A DNA stretch of 27,557 nt from a virus. Lineage: Duplodnaviria > Caudoviricetes. Positions within the stretch are counted from its first letter, which is position 1. Each line of letters begins with the position of its first letter. The translations under genes and the position numbers were made by a program. Positions 22,501-27,557 of this stretch are shown one piece after another. Where the stretch lies: IMG/VR virus record IMGVR_UViG_3300044513_002645, positions 1 through 27,557 of that record. The stretch is one strand, 5' to 3'. Under the pieces are notes generated by a model. The model made no database searches and was not told where the DNA came from. It was given only the letters and a program-made list of their open reading frames with translations.

Positions 22501-23541
22501 ATATTGGAATTCTTCGGAACCAATTAGAAATCTACCTCTAGAATTAAATCCTTGGGTTGAAAATACGTTTACTCTATTCCCTGCACCCAATCCTGGAGTG
22601 AAAGTCTCAGTTAACTTAGTTTTTGCAGATACAGTAAAGAAATTATTGACTGTTGCTGTGTCAAGACTAATTTGATACAATTGCTCGCCGTCAACAGATC
22701 CAGCGGCAAAAACATTATCTACGATTGCTGATGCATATCCAACAGAAGAATTGAACGGATCTAAAGATTGAATAATCTCCTTTCCAACTAAAGATGTTGG
22801 ATCTCCAGATAAAACTTTTACTTTAAGCGAATACGAAGTAACCCAATCTGAAGTTGAAGACTTAAACGTAAAGTCTTTTGGTTTTATTACCTCTGGTTTT
22901 TCTGTAGAAATCAGGGTATTGAAGATAAACTTAATAGATCTATCAGTTCCCTTTGCACGGTAGAAACTAGAAATATTCTTAATTAGAGTTCTCTTGTCAA
23001 CTCCCGATTTAAGATACTTTTCTGGGAATGATGCAAGATAGTCAGACTCAAAGTTCTTTACAATAGCATAAAGGAATAAATTACTAATGTTTTGAACATT
23101 ATCACCCTGAATGTGACTTTCTGCTAAAGTAGTTACAAAATTACTCTTGTTATAAAGATCGCCTAGATTAGTATTTCCACTAACACCACGAGTAACTTCC
23201 AGGAATTCTGTTAGTGTTCTCTCTTTATAGAATAAAATTTCATTACCAATTTTAATGTAACCATTCTCTTCAGGGAAAGAAGTTGCATCTTCAACAACAA
23301 TTGTCGTGTCACTCGTAGACACGTTAGATGCTAATTTTGTGTTTTCCTTTAGAAGATTCTTCTCATAAAAATCGATATCACGATATTTCGTGATATTCTG
23401 AATCACATCGAGAGGTTGTCCCCTTAGTTCTAACTGCTCATAATACTTCTCAATAATTTTTGAGAAATTCTCATAATCAGAAGAAATGAACTCAGGTAAT
23501 TGGGTCTCAATTAGAGTAGATATTCTCCTAGTCTCTGCCAT
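13534..23541 (-). CDS. gp7: Baseplate wedge initiator gp7-like giant protein (3335 aa)
   Basis: N-terminal ISTLIETQLPEFI; LIKNISSFYRAKGTDRSIKFIF; KITDSYYYQDFSYVIQS...WRDLIKQTTHPAGFQLFGE. Located between gp6 and gp8. Contains many GxGYxxxP and INGxxQ repeats and a YHYH-like domain. Confidence 0.88.
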   Translation of the reverse strand: MAETRRISTLIETQLPEFISSDYENFSKIIEKYYEQLELRGQPLDVIQNITKYRDIDFYEKNLLKENTKLASNVSTSDTTIVVEDATSFPEENGYIKIGNEILFYKERTLTEFLEVTRGVSGNTNLGDLYNKSNFVTTLAESHIQGDNVQNISNLFLYAIVKNFESDYLASFPEKYLKSGVDKRTLIKNISSFYRAKGTDRSIKFIFNTLISTEKPEVIKPKDFTFKSSTSDWVTSYSLKVKVLSGDPTSLVGKEIIQSLDPFNSSVGYASAIVDNVFAAGSVDGEQLYQISLDTATVNNFFTVSAKTKLTETFTPGLGAGNRVNVFSTQGFNSRGRFLIGSEEFQYNEKNVNQFLIESRQGSQVYSKGLNVYSYSTVTCENVKLLVLGVLYNLNPTVESPYSEEGDFVEVSDPGFVTRDPIITDLDSNSTRWIIGNSKASSNSAIINSQINELNADVSAIFEDSNYYYICSSSYPSRNILSATTQASLSDQKVLRLIRKNPQTITESYQTSQRDVGIFVDGTLALSNKDFDQITFGPIERFNITDKGSGYLDAPNVLINNIPGKARAKLSGETVDSIELLDPVSYSENPTVIITSGRGARASAIVTFGRITSIVVVDQGEYYSTPPTVRIVDRLGRGRFAEYNTILENGKVVGFEVVDEGKFYTRGEVIVDILPVGDAATATAEITTWTKDRYYNLQTNLDASNGYVFPNYNPVKGFGYGICANPVELRNELGDNGTNHSPVLAYAYDGNPIYGPYGFSDPLDASSNISRISSAYYLKTNRIGGPDTNEFPLGSFIEDYEWRPSTQTGKLELDENNGRFCVTPEYPEGVYAYFITIDSSGDPAFPYILGKNFYSLPVDSNYNADLSQDDIPKSARRLRTNDILNNGDNTVLRIDRTSSGSVSSLDIVDSPNTFKIGNSFVVSDIGSEGSGAGAIVTEVTGKQVSSLTSASLDNSNTFGVSLVKLISSTYLFENDVIAQANSDFTGRVIGNVSNRNEFVIDQVSGTYKDGEVLDSSSNIINIIISDNGVFTKGSTLLLTDGDEEILATGNILESTTNQNSIKVEVLTGEFAVPESSRKNYFLQSTTLGDDVGLQVVTYTTLSKGLIPFSVKNNIALLETDETHDVGVGSEVNIDIIPDVSQTTTTYYVRKRFYQTATLKKPSFVSILNDTGVGRVDLLNGGLGYTSNTYNDVELIFFDQSKVRNGIGSPGDPNNARATIVVSDFTGTGYGSVSVVSITTKGSDYIKGDILTVADSSLLRNPLEVSTQRLALNVDHVGFSLQNTELKLRQVNKLSENDLLQVDSEIVKVVSINSNDRVVTVDRAQEGSIARDHFNNANVSLYNGVYRFDNNSRPLGTGLNDPYVIDYNEETQAVTLAYNYGATNPREVTNSTIFQDNSSPRKSISISAVNEGENKLEFSKDQSFASYGINQDIRIQKYYRYKFDTSHFSMQGIFLDFSASRTGSIFTEEKEVSGIQPGNVGSYVAITLGFGPNIVGSPQRRFPVNFDTYYYFIKASSDVNTDNAALKVIDDPLAGPKKVVFATPKKFAYEISETPDYIGTGQIAYTTNSPFATGKIYSTTVNNLGSGYKRLPILSGCFVSNDNAAVLRSTIDTLTGQIESVIIDNPGKNYVKPKAIVTNGDGVGAEFEVSYQNGIISNIVIVKRGSGYTYPPTIEIYESAVKGFFKSSTIGVPKDISIINNGGSFHTDKSLLSSYRSHYALVVKDSNFKFFKGERLEQRSGLNVIFTAVVSDKGWRVGSNILRLSKIKGVIDLNLPLRSVKDPSRFVEVSEVLFTEFEPEVKSYYDNLGRYTSDKGKVGSRYQKITDSYYYQDFSYVIQSRTPIDVWRDLIKQTTHPAGFQLFGEVLIDSEQEATMPTVQTPTTSISYIELAPKTVTVERKSTKITNSFVSVASTNLRRGSGSISIDEYDTEGIISRQLILAEPFNGRYASKEDYVGSIRATTKEGSDTEVKAAYTSWGSASVVTSGEFAHWIKFKMISNSDNQPAIAPFVGVGSPAQSWDSNDNYNIFSNDEYVTTGSGVFDLTKIQRMEIGYQFNFGEFSTEAPAADASLATFGAFILSNEPDITQITSGFEVGDRITFYENAASYITLEVLEIDSPAYDLLEGAIGNGNVLGRKTFTLLDKSNNLPYSPYNEQELFITINGVAQEPGKSFKVSGSRITFSEAPIGPLFPKTGENLDDTYETDAAKFVCKAFRFKDDVYNSRYLRKLKDISPKFDGIANSFDLYWEDGSIVKADPNEKFLIFINGILQDAKVNETTPLGNAYYIDRRSNPAEPDAIVFSEAPRNFADDIDTVPVQLDQRESFFGYGVGSYDRFKIDNRLIPYRGVGPYLIFSEEDGTVKNVTDDRFVLVFVDGVLQNPNSYRLNGPNITFNSRLSRYVPETGEFVQNEVRLISLYGRDVPKTLSFYDFDRIGLTNEITVQINRVIDSPVANAEYLNWQSRLYGFNSSTPKIVFTLKSDGTREILGKISAITFKELETGPAANGFFKSGVVATDFKMTLLNAANINFENLSYNPLSDTVDDDRVTSIYVTDKSDFSDFISLNVNERAFSIDISYKVDDEGKRLLVRDLPEWIRGSDLGDKAYYDIHTTTLDIQPGDEILVDGESEYRTIEYVPSTANLRNFGLGQTAKYEHFSKVDVTNYNGLVRGEGLSITTQIDGEGRVSSLGFSDLEWNKRDLKLFFDTGILLQPTAYQYFVPPQVKFIPVDGNGGGARGEVLTKDGQVLDVVLIDGGYGYTQPPKAVVTRGYVVKRNHQRVINSLSVLKINTENSIQSLAVVQTEILLTGEGTVSSIVSIIALGGFAGDQIDSDSIYETEIHTTAREAGTELKRAEFFQYTKREASTAIDQRAAELNINELVITVILDSPVAIITDISPEMELDQHTTIINKTINAPIVYAQEDAYTVTGAFLDAPLSPTATTAYVLNTSLFPSSGKLQIGKEIVSYEKTLLDRFLELTRGIDGSTAQAHPGGQYLRTLPEFVTVLPVGPATIVITESSVAMQSTQVAEIYSQIISEQEIKTLDERYIEIENEFQIVTPEIIPVVSVGIKSIAAPTQSSVSMSTERFVVITNTVETESGVLVSDDRFIQSTRNLDLDLEFDYDVTKQITIIPPTTVLTDTAQLASDSKVTQVVASVESIHSNIVTIADTTTVTQIGAQITLDLDIQLQTEITKFEGFKTVTAISSVSAISTSEIYVAAQPAKSSMNALQTQTVARVILAPQASVLLDFARGADGGVLGGQSEDGPKQIQNRLDLSNIITLTTIETNVDLSAPSITSTYNVGSHLPIIGGEAKVADVMLQRQTGILDYYTELVVLETSIKTR

Positions 23542-23547
23542 TTAAGA

Positions 23548-25356
23548 TTACTCTGTGTAAATCGTGAATGAACTCTTTGGAATATCCACATCGAGATATA
23601 CTTCCCTTGTAGCACGAATATCATTACTTAAAGGAACAGTTCTGATCTCAATTCTATTATCAAAGAAACTTCCTTCGATAATTGTGAGATCATATAATCT
23701 AATCTCGCCCTTCGTATAATCGACTGTTCCAACAGAGTCGTTTAGAACAATCTTTTCGCCAGTTATAGAGTCTATTCTATATAGGACGATTTTACCAAAC
23801 CTATCTTCAAGATAGACTGTATATAAAGGATATTCACTAACTTTGAAACCTGTAGATTGGACAATTACGTCTTCATCACATGTGTTCTTAAATTCATTCT
23901 GGAAACAAATTTCGTAGAAGAACTTACTGTTAATTGCAGGGTAGAAATCTTTTCTCATTTTAACAGTGGTGAGATTACTGTTGATACTGCGATCAGCATC
24001 ATCAATAACACCTACAAACTTAGAAAATCTGAACTTACCATTGAATTTTTCAGTGTCAGATCCTTGAATATAATTCTCTAGTGAGGCAATGACTTTGGAT
24101 TTGATTTGATCCTTAGTCTGATTAGTCTTACTCTTACTATAATAAATTGATGAATTCATCTCAACATACAAAACAGATGCATCAATTACATCAGGAGTGA
24201 TCGACGCAACCATGTATGGTTTCAGTCCTTCTATAATCTGCTTCTTAGTGACTGAACTCAAACGTGGTGCTGTTGATGGTTTAACAACAATCTTAACTTT
24301 ACCATACTCAGGGGGATCATCTTCCTCTCCGCCAAAAGTAATGATGTCTGCAATCGCAGGATAAATCTCCCTTACAATTGCTGCATAATCTGCTGCAGTA
24401 ACGGCACGATTCTGTGTTCCATAGAACTTAGGAGCATTGAACTTGATCTTCTTAACAGATTCAATCTCAGTGCCACCAGATGCCGCTTCAACAAGGTCTG
24501 CAGCTGCACTATATGAAATACTATAGTTATAGTTCGAACTGCCTTGTGGGTCCTCTAAGACGCCATTGAAGGTAAATGCTTTTGAACCATTGGCATCAGG
24601 TCCATTCGTAGACAAATACGTAATTTCTACTAGGTTACCAGACTCTAACTTCCTGCCAAGGATACCATCACCAAAAAAGATCTCATACTGTTCATCTTCA
24701 ATCTCTTCAACATAATAAACATTACTTGATCCATCGATGTCTAAAATACTTTCAGCACGAGCATAAACTTCTCCTACTGTGCTCTGTGCTGATGGGAAAA
24801 TACGGACTCTAAGCGTCGAAAGGTCTGCAGAGGGGTTCTTAATCACAAAACGAGTTGAACTGGTTGCATTGACCGTATAGGTGTCAGTAATGAAGTTTCC
24901 TTCGTAGATAGGAACCTCAATGAACTGAGCAGTGCCATTTACTACAGATGCTTTGATATCTTCTACTGCAACAAAGTTGTAAACATCATTATCATAAGTT
25001 GCGTTGAAACCTGTTCCTCTCTTTAGAATGATTTCATTAGGTGCATTATTAGGAAAAACTACATCAAAGTTTAAAACTGCCTTTGGTGCAATTGCTGACT
25101 TAGGTGTATAACCTAATTGCTTTGCTAATGCTACTACATTGTCTCTCAGCGTCGCGCTTCCTAAAAATGTCTCATTCACCACCATATTAGTGTTGAATGC
25201 CGTGTAATACGTATTATACGCTAATACATCTAGAAGATTGCTCCATACAGAACCTTCAAAATCAAAATCAGTAAAATCCGACTGCGATCTCAAATATTCT
25301 TTGAGCGCAATCTTGATTTCAGAAAAGTCTAGGTTTGATAGTTGAACGTATGGCAT
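23548..25356 (-). CDS. gp6: Baseplate wedge subunit gp6 (602 aa)
   Basis: LSNLDFSEIKIALKEYLRSQSDFTDFDFEGS...LLDVLAYNTYY...NETFLGSATLRDNVVALAKQLGYTP, QNRAVTAADY and PPEYGKV motifs. TAATG overlap with the gp25 stop. Confidence 0.96.
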   Translation of the reverse strand: MPYVQLSNLDFSEIKIALKEYLRSQSDFTDFDFEGSVWSNLLDVLAYNTYYTAFNTNMVVNETFLGSATLRDNVVALAKQLGYTPKSAIAPKAVLNFDVVFPNNAPNEIILKRGTGFNATYDNDVYNFVAVEDIKASVVNGTAQFIEVPIYEGNFITDTYTVNATSSTRFVIKNPSADLSTLRVRIFPSAQSTVGEVYARAESILDIDGSSNVYYVEEIEDEQYEIFFGDGILGRKLESGNLVEITYLSTNGPDANGSKAFTFNGVLEDPQGSSNYNYSISYSAAADLVEAASGGTEIESVKKIKFNAPKFYGTQNRAVTAADYAAIVREIYPAIADIITFGGEEDDPPEYGKVKIVVKPSTAPRLSSVTKKQIIEGLKPYMVASITPDVIDASVLYVEMNSSIYYSKSKTNQTKDQIKSKVIASLENYIQGSDTEKFNGKFRFSKFVGVIDDADRSINSNLTTVKMRKDFYPAINSKFFYEICFQNEFKNTCDEDVIVQSTGFKVSEYPLYTVYLEDRFGKIVLYRIDSITGEKIVLNDSVGTVDYTKGEIRLYDLTIIEGSFFDNRIEIRTVPLSNDIRATREVYLDVDIPKSSFTIYTE

Positions 25357-25748
25357 TATCGAGTTCTCTCTAGGAAGAATTCTATGGCGACAGGAAAGTC
25401 TTCTCTACCAATAATCTCAAATTCTAATGCAACGTCAAAACCATTACTTTCAAAATTAGCATCAACGTCAATACTAGTAATAGAAATCCTAGGTTCGTAA
25501 CGCTTCAATGTTTCACGAATATTAGTTGCAATTTCGCCCGCAGTTACTACATCTAGTGTCTCAAATAGTAATCGACGAAGATTTGACCCTAATTGTGGTT
25601 GAAATGGTCTCTCACCTTTAGAAGTAAGTAGCAAATTTACCACTGCCTGTTTAATGGCAGCATCATCCTTCTTGACAATTAAATCGCCTGTGACAGGATG
25701 GGGTTTGAATGTAATATTCAAATCCTTAAACGTTTGGAAATTTGCCAC
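25356..25748 (-). CDS. gp25: Baseplate wedge subunit gp25 (GPW/gp25 family, 130 aa, GTG start)
   Basis: FKDLNITFKPHPVTGDL...AIKQAVVNLLLTSKGERPFQPQLGSNLRRLLFE...YEPRI motifs; immediately upstream of gp6. Confidence 0.95.
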   Translation of the reverse strand: MANFQTFKDLNITFKPHPVTGDLIVKKDDAAIKQAVVNLLLTSKGERPFQPQLGSNLRRLLFETLDVVTAGEIATNIRETLKRYEPRISITSIDVDANFESNGFDVALEFEIIGREDFPVAIEFFLERTR

Positions 25749-25772
25749 ACTGTTAGCAGAGTTTATCTTATC

Positions 25773-25780
25773 TATTTATA
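25773..25780 (-). promoter_or_regulatory. T4-type late promoter TATAAATA for gp25-gp6-gp7
   Basis: Perfect consensus in a 33-nt intergenic gap, about 25 nt upstream of the GTG at 25748. Confidence 0.85.
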
Positions 25781-25781
25781 G

Positions 25782-25976
25782 TTACTCATGCCATCTCTCT
25801 ACAAAATCATCAAACCCATTAGGTCCACCACAAGGACGACTCATACGATCCTCAGGGGTTGTTGAATACTTATTCTTCGCATGTTTCTTCAACCAATAGT
25901 CACTCTTAGGATCTGTAATGAGTGTCATTCCAGATTTTTCAAATTCTTTACTTTTGTCTACTGGTGAGTTTGCCAT
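25782..25976 (-). CDS. Hypothetical phage protein (64 aa)
   Basis: MANSPVDKSKEFEKSGMTLITDP...; AGGAG Shine-Dalgarno upstream (taggagagtagtaaATG); fills the gap before the gp25 promoter. Confidence 0.8.
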   Translation of the reverse strand: MANSPVDKSKEFEKSGMTLITDPKSDYWLKKHAKNKYSTTPEDRMSRPCGGPNGFDDFVERWHE

Positions 25977-26403
25977 TTACTACTCTCCTATACATTTCTT
26001 CGGACCAATAATTATAATAATCGGTCTGATGCAAAGATTCCCTTGCCTTCTCTAATTTAGCACGTTTTTGAATCAATAATAAATTATGTTCATGAAAGTT
26101 TGTTTGAACACCATTGATATGCGTTGCTTCATCCTTATGATCATCCAAAACAATATATTCCGTCTGACTCATATTCAATTCCGCAACTTTTTGCATCAGA
26201 GCACATTCAGAGATGTTATCTTCTACAATGTAGATAATTACATCCGCGTCAGGCACTGAATTCAGAGTCACACGCCGCAAGGCACGCTCCTCTATATGCA
26301 CAGACGCAGAAAAAGCGTAGGGACACACGGCATGACCGCCCAGTTCCCCACGCTTCTGTGAAATATGCTTAATCCATTCTCTAACTTTACTTACCTTGTC
26401 CAC
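25948..26403 (-). CDS. Hypothetical protein, possibly DUF1415-like (start uncertain: GTG 26403 preferred, ATG 26442 or 26460 possible)
   Basis: W-I...LGGHAVCPYA recalls the W...CPFA motif of DUF1415. The track's ATG at 26460 would overlap the 47-aa gene by 74 nt, so a later start is more economical. Confidence 0.65.
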   Translation of the reverse strand: MDKVSKVREWIKHISQKRGELGGHAVCPYAFSASVHIEERALRRVTLNSVPDADVIIYIVEDNISECALMQKVAELNMSQTEYIVLDDHKDEATHINGVQTNFHEHNLLLIQKRAKLEKARESLHQTDYYNYWSEEMYRRVVNGKLTSRQK

Positions 26404-26530
26404 GATACGGTTTACGTGCGTTGTTTCTAGATGTGGCAGCATACTTCGTGTGTTGCCCATTACCCTGACGAGTCAGTTTGGGTTTGGACTCGATCATCTT
26501 GCCATTAGTCAGTGAGGGACGCTTTGCCAT
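26387..26530 (-). CDS. Small highly basic protein (47 aa) ending YRGQGK
   Basis: Not in the ORF track. MAKRPSLTNGKMIESKPKLTRQGNGQHTKYAATSRNNARKPYRGQGK*. Strong SD (aaaggagagcacATG) and an upstream TGCTATAAT. Confidence 0.9.
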   Translation of the reverse strand: MAKRPSLTNGKMIESKPKLTRQGNGQHTKYAATSRNNARKPYRGQGK

Positions 26531-26556
26531 GTGCTCTCCTTTATGTGAACTCTCAT

Positions 26557-26565
26557 ATTATAGCA
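26557..26565 (-). promoter_or_regulatory. Sigma70-type extended -10 promoter TGCTATAAT
   Basis: Perfect TGnTATAAT in the 37-nt gap between the PAAR-like gene and the 47-aa gene, 27 nt before the ATG. No properly spaced -35. Confidence 0.65.
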
Positions 26566-26567
26566 TA

Positions 26568-26906
26568 TTATGAGGCAAAAACTCTCGCTTCGCTCGCTTT
26601 TGCAATGGTAATGTTCGTTGATGAGTTCAACACATCACCCTGCTTGCCAATTGACTGCTTCCCAATCTTTACAGTGCTCTGTGCCTTTAAAGTCCTTGGA
26701 CTCTGGCATGGATCACCATTTGGTGTTGTCCCTGGTGCTGGTCTGAAACTATCTGTGTTCTTCACAATTAACTTCTTACCAGCATATACTTTAACAACCC
26801 CTCCACCACCTACTGAAGGTCGCCCTAAGACAAGTGGTGGCGTATTACATGATCCCTTTCCACCTGAGTCTGTTGATGTAATGTCAGCAACTGGTTTACC
26901 TGCCAT
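26568..26906 (-). CDS. PAAR-like spike-tip protein (T4 gp5.4-like, 112 aa)
   Basis: Size, Gly/Pro richness, three-fold pseudo-repeat (GKPVADITS, VYAGKKLIVKNTD, STVKIGKQSIGKQGD) and a C-terminal VF. GAGG SD upstream. Located near gp25. Confidence 0.72.
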   Translation of the reverse strand: MAGKPVADITSTDSGGKGSCNTPPLVLGRPSVGGGGVVKVYAGKKLIVKNTDSFRPAPGTTPNGDPCQSPRTLKAQSTVKIGKQSIGKQGDVLNSSTNITIAKASEARVFAS

Positions 26907-27064
26907 TTGACCTCTTGTAACTGTATATACGTGTCATTTAGAAAATCTACCAGTGTCTCATGTTCCTCTGCCCCAGGACGGCAATACATCATGGTCGCTG
27001 GTTCCTCACAATCCCTCAGTCGCTTCTCCAAGGAATTCAACTGTGCTATCAACTCTTGCTCCAT
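26825..27064 (-). CDS. Hypothetical phage protein (79 aa), N-terminal coiled coil
   Basis: MEQELIAQLNSLEKRL...YCRPGAEEHETLVDFLNDTY; the only minus-strand ORF in the track covering 26907-27005. Confidence 0.72.
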   Translation of the reverse strand: MEQELIAQLNSLEKRLRDCEEPATMMYCRPGAEEHETLVDFLNDTYIQLQEVKWQVNQLLTLHQQTQVERDHVIRHHLS

Positions 27065-27260
27065 TTTTAAAACTTTCTCTATAATTTACACCGTATGCAT
27101 TGAAAGCACTCGAAATATCTAATTCAGGTGCTGCGTCAGCAGCAGTATAATAGTCCATCGCAGCATCTTCAATTGCATCGGCAAACTCGTTGAACTCGTC
27201 AAACCTCTGCTCTTTAATAGTGCCGTCCTTTGTCTTGTAAGTAATCTTATGGTTTTCCAT
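27006..27260 (-). CDS. Hypothetical acidic phage protein (84 aa; start revised to ATG 27260)
   Basis: MENHKITYKTKDGTIKEQRFDEF.... The ATG lies 1 nt after the stop of the 38-aa ORF, whereas the track's TTG start at 27284 falls inside that ORF. Confidence 0.75.
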   Translation of the reverse strand: MENHKITYKTKDGTIKEQRFDEFNEFADAIEDAAMDYYTAADAAPELDISSAFNAYGVNYRESFKNGARVDSTVEFLGEATEGL

Positions 27261-27261
27261 A

Positions 27262-27378
27262 TTAGTCGTCTTTGAATAATCCAAATACTGCAGTTAATAC
27301 TGAGTGAAATACAACATATAAGAAGAACTTAGAATCTTGGTCCCTGTCCTTCCTTCTCTTCGCAGGTGCTTGTGCCAT
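27262..27378 (-). CDS. Small putative membrane peptide (38 aa)
   Basis: Not in the ORF track. MAQAPAKRRKDRDQDSKFFLYVVFHSVLTAVFGLFKDD*. GAGG SD (ctgaggtaacaATG). Tiles between its neighbours with 1-2 nt gaps. Confidence 0.78.
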   Translation of the reverse strand: MAQAPAKRRKDRDQDSKFFLYVVFHSVLTAVFGLFKDD

Positions 27379-27380
27379 TG

Positions 27381-27509
27381 TTACCTCAGGAATTTTTTTA
27401 TATATCGCCCTACAGCATCATTTAAATTCTCTCTCATGATATTCACAGTCTCTATGAGACATATCGTAATATAACTAATTTCCTCTCGGAATGTGGTCGA
27501 GGTTTTCAT
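27381..27509 (-). CDS. Small hypothetical protein (42 aa)
   Basis: Not in the ORF track. MKTSTTFREEISYITICLIETVNIMRENLNDAVGRYIKKFLR*. Stops 2 nt before the next ATG. No clear SD. Confidence 0.55.
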   Translation of the reverse strand: MKTSTTFREEISYITICLIETVNIMRENLNDAVGRYIKKFLR

Positions 27510-27541
27510 GGCGAAATTTTCTGGGCGATTTTTTTGTATAT
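27392..27541 (-). repeat. Imperfect 14-bp direct repeat ATATAYAAAAAAAT (27392-27405 and 27528-27541)
   Basis: Plus strand atttttttatatat versus atttttttgtatat: 13/14 identical, 136 bp apart. Confidence 0.6.
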
Positions 27542-27557
27542 GGGGGACCCGTAATAT

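Noticed and set aside
26557-26581. TTTTTGCCTCA upstream of TATAAT as a MotA box or -35 element
   Set aside because: Spacing (8-10 nt) fits neither a T4 middle promoter (11-13 nt) nor a -35 (about 17 nt), and cyanophages are not known to encode MotA.
25356-26906. PAAR plus gp25 as a T6SS or extracellular contractile injection system
   Set aside because: T4-type gp6, gp7 and gp8, gp55 late promoters and small phage ORFs indicate a myovirus genome.
495-26910. All plus-strand ORFs in the track (e.g. 5868-6296, 17491-17946, 20612-20959, 26512-26910)
   Set aside because: They lie antisense to well-supported minus-strand genes and show no recognisable motifs, consistent with codon-bias shadows.
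1-27557. tRNA, CRISPR array, rho-independent terminators or alternative genetic code
   Set aside because: Intergenic gaps are under about 65 nt with no cloverleaf, repeat-spacer pattern or GC stem plus U tract. TAA, TAG and TGA all end credible genes, and multi-kb ORFs are intact in the standard code.

Overview
This window is phage DNA, not cellular DNA: the baseplate/tail-tip module of a large T4-like myovirus, most consistent with a marine cyanophage (Kyanoviridae-like). All credible genes are on the minus strand. Reading right to left: a dense cluster of small, overlapping ORFs (three missed by the ORF track) that includes a PAAR-like spike tip and a very basic 47-aa peptide; gp25; gp6; a 3335-aa gp7-like wedge initiator followed 1 nt later by a 176-aa ORF that looks like its detached C-terminus; gp8; a 2760-aa VrlC/DUF4815-like structural protein; a 60-aa ORF; and a fibre-like structural protein that runs off the left edge (also missed by the track). 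T4-type late promoters precede gp25, gp8, the VrlC-like gene and the fibre gene. I saw no tRNA, CRISPR array, intron, intein or mobile element. The most interesting points are the apparent gp7 fission, an amicyanin-like H...C-x2-H-x2-M site in the fibre protein, a histidine-free PAAR-like protein, and a sigma70-type promoter in front of the basic peptide. Family assignments come from motif recognition, not database searches.
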